From Adineta vaga (lineage: Eukaryota > Animalia > Rotifera), in assembly GCA_021613535.1 (NCBI GenBank), contig CP075496.1, positions 9,796,001 to 9,860,000 of the forward strand: a stretch of 64,000 nt of DNA, written 5' to 3'. How positions within the stretch are numbered: position 1 is the first letter of the stretch; each line of letters starts with the position of its first letter. The position numbers were made by a program, and so were the translations under genes. Shown here in pieces: positions 49,019 to 60,787 of this stretch. The notes under the pieces are model-generated. The model searched no databases. It saw only the letters and a list, made by a program, of their open reading frames with translations, and was not told where the DNA came from.

Positions 49019-49504
49019 TAGTAGATAGCGGATGTATCCGCTACAAACCAAGGTAGTTTGACATGTACCGTGTAAATTATCGTAGATGAGCGCTCAGATG
49101 CCCTTCGGTCGTCTTCGCTGTCAATTTGTTCAACATTTTAAAATGCTGCAATCCTTTTGGTCAGTTTCATAAATCGCCTGTAGCAAGTGTAGGGTTCATT
49201 TCTTTTCGGAAAAAAGTTAATGTCGATCTTTCTCTGGACCTAAGTAACCATCGTGGAAAGTTTGGTCACGTTAGCTATTACAGGGACTGAATGCATAACG
49301 AACAGACAGACAGACAAACATTCTTTATATATATAGATAAATATCACATTGCAATTATTCTGTAGTTTTTGTAGCCTATGTAATCGGTTATTATATGTTC
49401 TAACGTTTATTGTAGATTATTATTATTATTATTATATCCATATCGTTGAAAATATTGATTATCGTTATTCAGATTATATATTTAAGTGGTACACTCACAT
49501 TTAA

Positions 49505-51367
49505 ATGACACCTACATCAGTAATGCAGAATCATCAACAGTTATTTCTTGAGAAAAAACAATCTTATTTACACGAAAATGCAATGAACTTATGCCGTCAG
49601 CTAAAAGGATGCGGAGTTCATTCGGTGAACAGTATGAAATCAGCAGGTTTCGTATACACTGGAGTAGGTGATACGGCTCGGTGTAGTGAATGTAATCTGG
49701 AAGTGTCAGAATGGACTCGAGAAATGGAACCATTTTCAATTCACTTAGAACGTAAACCAGATTGCTCATTTGTTCGATCTATACAACAAAAAAATGAATC
49801 TATGTTGACAAGTTACATAGAAAATTCGGCCAAACGACATAAATCAGACTTCTGTACTGATCAATGTAATCCACAAAATAAGTTCATGGAATTAGAAAAT
49901 CTTAAACAAGTACGTCGACGAACATTCTCACATTGGTCAGAGAACACCACTCCCCTGAAAAATCAAATAATTGATGCTGGTTTCTTTGCATGCAACGTAG
50001 GTGACCGTGTCATATGTCTCTACTGTAATCTCGTATGCCAACAATGGAATAAAGATAGTGATGATCCTGTAGAAATTCACAAACGTCTGTCACCAAAATG
50101 TCCATATGTTTTACTTATGCTAAAACAAGACGAAACGTCATCAGCATTCGTTTTGAATGGAATGTCAGTAGATAACGTTAAGAGTCAAGAAACTTTATTG
50201 AACAATGTTGGACGCCTTCATTCAAATCATATTGTGTGCATATCACCGTGCCACGCTTCTTATGCAAATATCATAAGTCGACGAGAAACTTTTTCAATAT
50301 GGGACGAAGAGTTGATGCCATCCGCAGATGATTTAGTCAAAGCTGGATTTTTCTACACTGGTACGAAAAGTGCGGTAATCTGTTTTTACTGTAATGGATC
50401 ATTACAAAATTGGAAAAAAAATGATAATCCATTAATTGAACATGTCAAATGGTATCCACATTGTTTATATGCCAAACAATTAGCTGGATGTGAACTTTAT
50501 GATAAAATTCGACGAGAACAAAATTCTCGAGAAGGTTGTATAATTTGTTTCTTTTGTTTAACAGAGTATTAATATATCAAATAATATTCCATTTCAGAAG
50601 TGACAAATTCGTTAATGTCAACAAATTCATCGACTACAAACAACATGAAATTGTATATACCGGATGAGGGAACACTTTCACGTCTAGTTGCTGCCCGAAT
50701 CGATTTGCCAATATCGCAACAATTACTCAAACAAAACTTTAAACAATCAGTTATTAAACGTTGTTGGGAAGATCAACTGCGATTGAAACGTACAGGATAT
50801 TATTGTTTCGCGATATTTATTTATCTTTTGTGTTTCTTTAGAAGATGATTTTATCAGTGATTGCGATTTATACATAGCTTGTATCATTCTACAGAAACAA
50901 ATCGAACATATCAATGGTGATAAAACTAAAATTATCATACCTAGCATCAAAATAAAGGAAATAGAAAACAATGAACAATCAAGTTTGTAAACTAGTACTC
51001 AAAATAATTTCTATTCTTACGCAACTAATTATCTTTAGATACACAAGTTCTTCAACAATTACCATTACCTACATCATCATCATCAACGTCAATACTATCG
51101 AATACATCAAACCAGACTTCTGCAACGTCGGAAAATTCATCGATGCAATCAGTTACATCAACAAATGAGTCATCAACAACGGAAGATACTATGTTGGAAA
51201 CAACTAACGCAGTAAACAATCCGTGTATATCATGTAACAAAGAGGAGAAGCGTTTAGCCTGCATACCCTGTGGTCATTTGGCACTTTGCGTGAGTTGTTC
51301 TCGTACACATCGTACTTGTCCTACGTGTCGACGAAGTATCGAAGCATTCGTCCGTATTTATATCTGA
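49505..51367 (+). CDS. Inhibitor of apoptosis protein (3 BIR + RING), 4 exons
   Basis: Three AGF..C-x2-C..W..H-x6-C BIR repeats and a C-terminal RING CISC..CIPCGHLALCVSC..CPTCR..RIYI. Confidence 0.93.
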
Positions 51368-52504
51368 AAATGGTATGATCGTCTGGAATACGCAAAATGC
51401 CTCCACCAACTACTCGAAAGCATCTTTATTTACCCTGCTAAAACATGTAATATTTATTTTTGTTAAGAAAAAGTGAAAATCGTTTTTCAACCTAATAGAT
51501 TGTTTTGTTCTATTCCTATTGATTCCTTTTCGATCATGCTAAACTAAATGGTCTCAGCTTTTTCGTATCGAATTGCCATAATAAAAATACGAAAAATATA
51601 TGGAAAACTACTGTCCAATTCAATCTATGGACTTGTGAAAGATTATTTCACTATTTTCATTCAAAAACCAAGAAAAAAATTCATTATTTCATATTCGAAA
51701 AGAACACATAAATCTGATACTAACTGATTATTTTTGATCCATTTGAAAAAATGGTCACTAGATTCTATCGACAGATTAACAAGAAGTCATTCGCTAGTAT
51801 CATCTTAACAGAGAAATTTGAGTATATTATCATTAGCTACCTTTCAAAACAACGAGACGACCAATTGAATTGTTTGCACGAATACTATATTCAATCATTT
51901 TTAATGCCATTCTATCCGTTAACGTAAGTACATTGGCTTTTGAAGTACCATCTAACTATGACGGTGCATCGGAGTTCTCAACTTTAATATTCAATGGACA
52001 CGTACAAAATAAAATCCACGATTATTATCTAATATGGTCTCTCTACTGAAGTATAATAGCGTCTGAGTATCGAAAAAACTTTTCTTTGAAAATTCTGCTG
52101 TTAACTTTGATGCTACATTTTTTTTTGCATTTAATTGACAATATATAAGTTGATATTCACATTCATATTTGAATCTGTTGTACGCGCATGTCTTTCGTAG
52201 TTTGATCAATTATTTTAAAGTGTTCTTTCCAACTGTAAAGAGTGTCATTCTTGATGATTTTATTCTTTTTCTTCTAAATAGTTGTTTGAGATAAGTAATG
52301 ATAGTCATATCCACCCTGTCTTGTGATAATGATTCATCTTGGAGAAAACCAAATAAATAGTGAAGTCAGGTGCTATGTTGTTCGTAAACAAATCACACTA
52401 TATAAGGAGAGGTAAAAAAGAAGATAACCATAAGTTTTTTTCTTCGACAATCGGAACATCTCGTCAAACAATTCTCTTCCTTTCTCTTTTGTTTAATTCA
52501 AAAA

Positions 52505-53216
52505 ATGACTGCTTTTCATGTCCAAGATCAACCCTATTTGACCAAAGATCGTGTTAACGATTTAACATGGTCTGATCTCATCGTATGCTCTCTGTGTAAT
52601 GGGATCCTATGGTCACCTATAGGTTGTCAAACTTGTGATTCTCCTTACTGTACAGCATGTGTCGATGATTATCATAAGAAGCAAAATGATTCATCGCGTT
52701 GTCCAAAGGATACATGCCCAACATACATTCAACGTCCTTGTCCACCAGCAAATCTTCTCGTTTTAAGAGCATTAAAAATTACATGTCGATACAATGCGAA
52801 TGGATGTACAGAAACATTAGTTTATGATGATTTAGAGAAACATGAGAAATTATGTGGTTATCGTTTAATAACTTGCAGTGGATGCGACGAAAAAATTGTA
52901 AAAAACGAGTTTTTAGTTCATGAAGCAACCTGCTCACTAGTTATTCTAACATGTCAAGAATGTAATAGTTTATTTCAACGTCAACATGAAAACAAACACA
53001 CGGAAATAAAATGTTTACGTGTACAATTAAATCAAATTCGAGATGATATGAAGGAAAAAGAACAAAAAGATTCCGATAAAATGGCTGCACTTGAATCACA
53101 AGTACATGATCTAAATGACATAATCAAACAATTAAGGTAAGTAGACAAATTCATTGATATTCTTATAATACATATTTTCTCTTCTTTCTTTCTTTCTTTC
53201 TCTCTATAGTATATGA
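52505..53216 (+). CDS. RING + TRAF-type zinc finger + coiled-coil protein (no MATH domain seen)
   Basis: CSLC..P..CQTC..YCTAC..CP, ITCRYNANGC..LEKHEKLC, CSGC..HEATC and CQEC..H..C, then a coiled coil. An intron starts at 53137. Confidence 0.8.
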
Positions 53217-53479
53217 ACATGAACAATCAATCATCGCTTTTCGACGTCATTTTCAAATGTATTTATATTACTGAATAAAGATTCGTATAACTTGCTTCTG
53301 TTTTTTTTTCATACGATTCTATGTCTACTAGAGTCATCTATTAAAGCGATGTAGAAAAAGTTTCTTCTGTTCTTAATTTGTCAAGAAACAAAAACACATC
53401 ATATCGTCATGAAAATTGTGAAATTACAATACTATTCTTATAAGCACTTGTTTTACTAGGAGTATAGAATGAGTGAATT

Positions 53480-54535
53480 ATGTCTGAATTTGAAGGTTAC
53501 GGTAAGATTGTTGAAAGTAGTAGTCATTGGGTTTTAGACAAAACTGATAATGTTACATTTAAACGGACATTGTGGTGCGTAACAGAAAAGATTCATGGCG
53601 CTAATTTTTGTTTTTTCTGCGATGATAATGGTCAACATGTTCGATGTGGTAAACGAACAAGTTTATTAGCTGAAAACGATGAATTTTTCGGTTATAAACG
53701 TCGATTATTCAATGAAATTACGCCAAAAATTCAAAAATTGTATCAATATATGCGAAATATTCATTCTGATCTTGATAAATTATATGTTTTTGGTGAAATA
53801 TTTGGTGGCTCATATCCACATCCGGATATACCAGACGTACCAAATATCAATCCCGTTCAAACTGGTATCTGGTATTGTCCTGATATTGAATTTTGTGCAT
53901 TTGATTTAGCAATTTCCATCAATAATAAACAAATGTATGTTGATTATCAAGATGCAATTACTGCTTTTCAACATGTGAATCTATTCTATGCTGAACCATT
54001 ATTTATTGGTAAATACGAAGAAGCAATTGATTACAAACTTGGTTTTAATTCAACAATACCAACTAGACTTGGTCTTCCGCCATTAATTGAAGTAAATAAA
54101 GCAGAAGGAATTGTTATTAAACCAATGCATGAAATTCTGGTCAAAACAACAAAAGGTTCGTCTGTTCGTGCAATTGTGAAAAGAAAAATTGAAGAATTTT
54201 CGGAAGAGAAATATAGTCAAGCACAAAAACAAGAAATTCGAACTGATGGAGAACTGTCTAATATGGATTTATTACGATTTGAAATCGATGCATTAATTAC
54301 AGATAATCGTTTAAATAATGCACTTAGTAAAATTGGACATGTCACAGTAAATGATAAAGAAAAATTAAAAGAATTATTAAATCTTTATGTAAAAGATATT
54401 ATTGATCAATTGTATGAAAATGGCAATGAAGATATGTGGAACAATTTAACGACAAATGAAAGAAATATTCTCACAGAAGAAATAACTCAAAATGCGAAAA
54501 AAATCATTATAAAATACTTGAAAACAAATAAATAA
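53480..54535 (+). CDS. rnl2: ATP-dependent RNA ligase, T4 Rnl2 family
   Basis: Motif I TEKIHGANF, Ia GKR, III FGEIFGG, IIIa FCAFDL, IV AEGIVIKP, V IVKRK..FSE, plus the Rnl2 C-terminal domain ITDNRLNNALSKIG..D. Intronless. Confidence 0.92.
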   Translation: MSEFEGYGKIVESSSHWVLDKTDNVTFKRTLWCVTEKIHGANFCFFCDDNGQHVRCGKRTSLLAENDEFFGYKRRLFNEITPKIQKLYQYMRNIHSDLDKLYVFGEIFGGSYPHPDIPDVPNINPVQTGIWYCPDIEFCAFDLAISINNKQMYVDYQDAITAFQHVNLFYAEPLFIGKYEEAIDYKLGFNSTIPTRLGLPPLIEVNKAEGIVIKPMHEILVKTTKGSSVRAIVKRKIEEFSEEKYSQAQKQEIRTDGELSNMDLLRFEIDALITDNRLNNALSKIGHVTVNDKEKLKELLNLYVKDIIDQLYENGNEDMWNNLTTNERNILTEEITQNAKKIIIKYLKTNK

Positions 54536-54594
54536 GATATGTTTGATAAAGTTTTGTTTTTTCAACGATAACATCGTGTGATGAAATATACAAA

Positions 54595-56475
54595 TTAATA
54601 ATCGAAATGTAAACGATTTGGACATGCTTGATCAATTGCATGTTTAATTGTAAAATCTTTCAAACCAATTTCACATAGATTAGCTATTGTCCAGAGTTTA
54701 TGAAGAACAAATTCATTCTAAAGAATGAGAAATTTATTTGTGAAGAAGAAATGAGAAAGTTCCCTTTTGTAATCATACTTGAAGATCGAAGCACTTTTTG
54801 TGAACATGCTGTGTAACTGATTTATAGCAAATATGTTGAGTAAGTTTCATTCGTTTTTGTGTCATTTCTTCGAAAGAATGAATACTATTTATTGATAAAG
54901 AAAGAAGAACAATCTGTTCAAGATGATTCTCAATGATTTGTTTATCCTATACGTTTCAAATAAGATTTTTTTGATGAACCGAAAAAAACAGTTTTTTTAT
55001 TACTTACATGAAGTGTTTGAGCAAGTTGTTTTTCTAATTGTTGTCGTTCGATAGAATTTTCTTTACTCGTAGCTACACGATGAGATAGAATTGAAATACG
55101 AACATTTTCCATTAGAACCGCATCACGCTTTAAAAACAAAACATCTGATTATCTTTTCTTTATGAAATTATCTCGTACTTTAAGCCAACTATTGTAATGA
55201 TTTAAAAGTATACTTTCTTTGGATGATTGAGTTTTATTACCTTGAAACTCATCAATATTATGACTTTTGCCCAATTCCTAGATACGAAAGTACATAATTT
55301 TCTTTCTCAAATATAACGTTTTCTTCCTTCGTCTTACGAGATCACCATATTGCATAACATGACTTTCATGAGTTTTTCGTTTAGTGATCAAATACTGATC
55401 GTACAATGTTTCTTTCGATGATTTTTTCTCATCGGAATTTTCCATCCATGCAACAGAATAGCAATCACCTAAATAAGTTGCACGTTTATTATCAAGATAG
55501 CATGCATAAGATGATTCCTCAGCATTGGATGCTGTAGTAGCATAGACATTGATATTATTCGGTAAGATATTTTCAAGCATAGAACCAGATTCACATGCTT
55601 CAATATAAATAACCATCTATTTCATTGAAATAGGAATTATGCAAAGGAAATAGGATGGAAATCTTATATTTACTTGTTTGTATTTTTTCGCAGTATACAT
55701 TTTTGCAATTGTTGTATTTAAATCAGTCGCATAAAGCTATAACAATGAATATATATGTTTAATCATGGATTTTTTTGAAAAGCATAAGAAAGTAAAAACT
55801 TACTACACTACTTGGAAAAGCTACGAGACCTAAAAAAAGAAAATAATTGTATTCAATTTTGAGAAAGAACTAAACGTATTTACCAATGGCACCATGATCA
55901 GTAAAATAAACAAATACGTTATCATCAGGACCACTAGAAAATAAATATTAAAACAAATCAATATCATTAGTAGAATTACCTTTCGATAACTTTACCACTA
56001 CCAATTCCTTGCATAGCTGTTTTATTTCCAAGTAATATATTGATAAAATTCTCTGGTGTTACTGTCTGTTATGAAAATATAGACTGCATTGCAAATTATT
56101 TAGAAAGAAAAATCTTACTGCGCCTGTATAATCTTTTGGAACGCCATGATATACATCATGACCATGTGGATGATTGATAATAATACCTTTTGTAGGATTT
56201 CTTAAGGGATGAAAAGAAGAGTTATCAGATTTCTACAAATCATTATAAACTTACGCTGAACTTTGAGCCAAATCATCGAACATCATTACGACAATATTCG
56301 AATCAGGAATACCATTGTTATGTAAAATTTGATATGCATGACAAACATCAGCTTGATGTCGATAATTAAACCATCCATTCGAGCCCGCAACTAATAATGC
56401 CCAATTCGCTGCATTTGTGATCCCAACACACAAAAGTATACTGCTAATAATGATACAAAAAGGATTAAGACGCAT
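54595..56475 (-). CDS. LGMN: Legumain (asparaginyl endopeptidase, C13), multi-exon
   Basis: Signal peptide, [24 protein letters not shown], catalytic FTDHG and YIEACESGS, and SHVMQYGD. There is a 26-nt micro-exon at about 55804-55829. Confidence 0.95.
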
Positions 56476-56885
56476 TTTACACAGATTCTCTGTATATATG
56501 TTTGAAACTGAAGACGTAGTTGATAAGAAACGTGATGAATAAATCTTCTTTTTTCTTTTATCTATAAAAGTTGATAAATATGAAGAAGAACACGTATTCT
56601 ATATTATGAATTTTGAAATATTCCACGGGACAAAATTGAATTCGAATAAGTGTATCAACGATCGCGTACGTCACACGATTTAATCAAGAATTAATCTCAT
56701 AAAATTTGCACGATTATGAAATAGGAGCATCTGTACTTAATCATAATGAACGACGAAAACTTCGACGTATAGCATTTAAAAGAATATACGTTATTTTCAT
56801 GTACACATATAATAAATCAATCTTTCTCAACTCTCTCTTATACCTTGAGTCGTTTATTATTCTGAGAAAAAAAATACATAATGTT

Positions 56886-58590
56886 TTAATTCAAGTCAAC
56901 ATCAAATTTTTGTACTCGATTATTATCCCAATCAACCACATAAAGATGACCTTGTCGATCAAATGCTAAATCTTTCGGATAATGAAATTGATTTGCTTGT
57001 TTTCCTTGTTCATTTCCACCAAGAATAATACTTCCTTCATTTGCATCTTTTGACCAACGAACAATACGGTTATTCCGAGAATCAGCGACATAAATATTGC
57101 CCGAATGATCAACAATAACTCCACGAGGATAAGATAATTGTGTCAAATTACTACCTTGATCATATCCACCTGCAACAATGATACCTTCTTTAGCATTCTT
57201 GATCCATTTCATTACTCGATGATTTTTTTCATCGGATATATATATCGATTCTTCTTGATCAACAAATATAGCTGTTGGAAGATATAATTGATTTAATTGA
57301 TTTCCTTCTCCATTTCCACCTGCAATCAAAATACTATTTGTATCACCTATTCTCCATCGTCGAACTTCATTCTTCACTAAATCAGAAACAAATAGATCAC
57401 CATTATTATTCATAGCTAAACCGTAACAATCAATATCGGCAATAATCGTATGACCATTCGTATTATCTTGCCGAGACCATTGTACAACTCGTCGATTTCG
57501 ACAATCACAAATAATAAATGAATCATTCTTTTTATTGACAATAACATTCGTTGGATAATCTAATTGATCAATACGATTTCCTTGACCATTTCCACCAGCT
57601 ACAACATAACCAGTATATGAATCAAATTTCCATTCAATGATTCGATGATTATCCGAATCAGATATATAAACTTTTTGTTCATCATCATCGATATAAATAC
57701 TTTCAGGCCAATTCAATTGACTTAAACCTTCACCTTTACCAATTCCACCAGCAATTGTATATCCATTTTGTATCCATTTGGTATTTTCATTAATATTGTT
57801 TGATGAATGTGTCTTTTCTAAAATAAATACATTCTCTTCTTTCCTTGTGTGAAGATATTTCGAAGTATTACTTACGATTAACATTTAGATCACTAAGCAT
57901 TTTTTTAAAAGAACTTGTTTCTTTAGATGACGGTATTTTCAAATAACTTGGATTTCTTATTGTTACTTCTCGTAATTGTTCAATAAGATGCTGTAATAAT
58001 TTCGGATCTGAATCAATGAATATGTCACTATCAATTCTTTGAAAAGGTAATGCAGTCATATGAAATGTTGCATTCGACATTTGAGTAAATGTTGTGCGTT
58101 GATGTGTAAATATTTGTCCACCCATATTGATTCGAACAGTATTCTTTTCTGACAAGTTTATAAATTCGTACAAACCTAATTTTCGTAACATCTTCTTAAA
58201 AGGTTCTACAAGTGATGATTCCAATGGTGGATAGAATTCTTTCGTATCAGAAAGTTGTAATTGATCAAGTAAATGACGAAAGACAATTGGATTATAATCA
58301 AGAAAGATATTTCCATTACGATCTGTTGGTAATCGAGATTGCCATTGATCTTTAAACATAAGTGCTAAAGTTGACTGTGATATGCGAGTCAAAGTTTGAC
58401 GAGTAGTCATTATTATTTGACCACCAACATTAAGTGAGATAACATCAAGATTTTCTATCGATCTTTCTTGGTCGTTTTCTAAATCATTCTCTAGTTGAGC
58501 GATTTCAGATGCCGCTTTTTGATATAGCGATGAAATACTTGTCAATTCATCCAAAGTTGCCGATGATTTGCAGAGATATAATTGTATCAT
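56886..58590 (-). CDS. Double KCTD-type BTB/POZ + NHL-repeat beta-propeller protein, 2 exons
   Basis: VISLNVGGQ..TTRQTL..FLDYNP..FRHLL and a second VRINMGGQ..FIDSDP. An intron at about 57819-57873 is followed by six NHL repeats (AGGNG.G..QL..P..YISD..NHR). Confidence 0.85.
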
Positions 58591-59027
58591 AGCAAATAAA
58601 ATAAACTATTTTCAAAGAATTCAAATGTTTAATGAACATTTTTATCATCGTGTTCTTTATTATACTTACTATACGTTGAAGACACCACATACTTCTATTT
58701 ATTAATAAGAATATAGTACTATTTCTATCTTTACTATACGTCGATATATATATACATGTTTTTCTTTTAATATTATCTCAATGAATCTTGTCATCGATGA
58801 TATCTGTCAACTCTCTATTTAGATTGTATGTATGAAAAAGTAACACAAGAAAGACGAAAGAGAAAGAGTAGATATGTACATATTTATAACCATAGATCGT
58901 GATAGTATTTATAGAAATTTATGCAAAGAATCATAATAATAATATTATTATTATTATCATATCAGAGATATTTTAATATGTTATTCTCTAAAGTCTGAAT
59001 ATGATTTATGCATGGGCTTCTTTCACT

Positions 59028-60002
59028 TCAATATTGTTGTTGTAAAATAGCCATAATACGAGGTAAAACATCAATCAATGAAGCAGTCCAACATGGCCAT
59101 GTATGTCCACCATCACAACCATTTCCAATCGATTGTCCATTTCCATAATCATTGAAGTAAACAGGAATATTCAACGAGGTTAATGTATCTCGTAAACGGT
59201 AATTTGTATCACGTAATAGTAATTCAAGAGTATCAGCATTTCCTGTATAGAGTGCAATACCTAAACCACGTAACGATGAAGCATGTGTAATTGGATCTTG
59301 TGCAAACCATCCACTTGATCCTAATGGTTGATTAGGTGAACCAAATGGACCAAGGTGTGGTATTCCATTATTTGGTAAATTAAGAATAACTTGTTGAACA
59401 TGTGGGTTAAGTAGATCAAGTGGACCTGAAAAACCAACTGTATAAACGAAATTAGTTGGATACTGTTGAGCATATCGAATAGCACCAAATGCACCCATTG
59501 AAAGACCACCAATAGCACGTCCTTCTTTCTTTGCTATAGTTCGAAAATTAGCATCAATCCATGGAACTAATTGTTCCATATGATAAGTTCGCCAATTTTG
59601 TGGAGCAACATCACCAGGATTAATCCAATTTGTATAGAATCCAAATGAATCACCATTTGGCATGACAGTAATCAATGATGTATTACTAGTAACGCTCTGA
59701 GCTGACCCACCCATCGTCCAATCTGTCACACCACCAAATGCTCCATGTAATAAGTAGAGAACAGGATATCGACGATTTGCACCACTAGTAGCATAGTCAC
59801 GTGGAACAAGTACACGAACTTTTTGCATACCACGAACTTCTTTTGACGTTAAGTAGATTTCGTAAAGTTCATTGTTAAGTTGAACAGAAGAAAGTAGCGT
59901 GAGACCATGTGCAGATGTAAAGATAGGTGCATCAGCACTGATGTAATTTATCCATATACCAATAATAAGAACAAATTCTGAGAGAAAAGAATAAAATTGC
60001 AT
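59028..60002 (-). CDS. Secreted antigen-85/S-formylglutathione-hydrolase-like esterase (Pfam Esterase-type)
   Basis: Signal peptide, RYPVLYLLHG, VMP, LVPWIDANFRT, RAIGGLSMG and GGHTW. Intronless. Confidence 0.88.
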   Translation of the reverse strand: MQFYSFLSEFVLIIGIWINYISADAPIFTSAHGLTLLSSVQLNNELYEIYLTSKEVRGMQKVRVLVPRDYATSGANRRYPVLYLLHGAFGGVTDWTMGGSAQSVTSNTSLITVMPNGDSFGFYTNWINPGDVAPQNWRTYHMEQLVPWIDANFRTIAKKEGRAIGGLSMGAFGAIRYAQQYPTNFVYTVGFSGPLDLLNPHVQQVILNLPNNGIPHLGPFGSPNQPLGSSGWFAQDPITHASSLRGLGIALYTGNADTLELLLRDTNYRLRDTLTSLNIPVYFNDYGNGQSIGNGCDGGHTWPCWTASLIDVLPRIMAILQQQY

Positions 60003-60787
60003 ACTTATTTCTTATACAAAAATTTTCCTTTTTTGATTCTATAATATCTTTCTAGTGTGTTTGTACAAAGAAAGTTATTTTAAATCTAAGCTAATAAACA
60101 TATGGTAAAATTCTCATCATTCTTTTTCAATTGTCTTATTCGATAACAGCTTGTCTAATTCTCATGATGTTCTTATATCAACACATTCAATAGGCACAAA
60201 AATGAGAGAAAAAAAACTGTTTGCTGCTATTTCTATTTCCAAATAGTAAATTTTTGAATATATAAATTAGTTTTTCGATTAATTCTATTCTTTTCTCTTT
60301 TCGTAAAGTTTCACTGGAAAGTTACTTCAGTAAATTATGAAGTTAAGTGCAAATATATCGATCCTCGATGACGAATGAAACACCTGTATTTTACATAAAT
60401 AGATAAAGCTTCTTCCGATCTACGAACATGTGAGCGAAAATATTTCAGCAGTTGAAATCAATCATGCATTGCATATAAAGAAAAAAATATATCATGTAGT
60501 TTTGACTTTTGACAGCTGAGTGAAAATATCACAATAGATAAAGATAATTGCGTATTGAATAATCACGACATCCACTTCCGAGCTACTGAAATATAAATTA
60601 AAATATAGCTATAAATAATACGAATACGCACAAGAAAAATATTCAAAATCAAAAGTCATGTATTCGCGACACGAACGAAAAAGTGTATTTTATTTCCTGG
60701 CCATGTGTTTTCTATCGAAGAAGTGGTATATATATATAAAGACGAGATTCGATTGCCACTATTAGACAATTTAATTGAAATATCAAA

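Larger units (their letters stand above)
44450..49337 (-). mobile_element. Non-autonomous Helitron shell with composite internal cargo
   Basis: The minus strand starts A|TCTATATATATAAAGAATGTTTGTCTGTCTGTCTG (49337) and ends TCCTCTTTGGAGCGGGTATCTGCGCTAG|T (44450). This gives TC/CTAG termini, an A|T target, no TSD, and a 5' (CTGT)n tract. Confidence 0.72.

Noticed and set aside
53480-60002. Bacterial contamination as the source of the ligase and esterase
   Set aside because: Both are interleaved with spliceosomal-intron genes and share the host's AT-rich codon usage. There is no operon structure.
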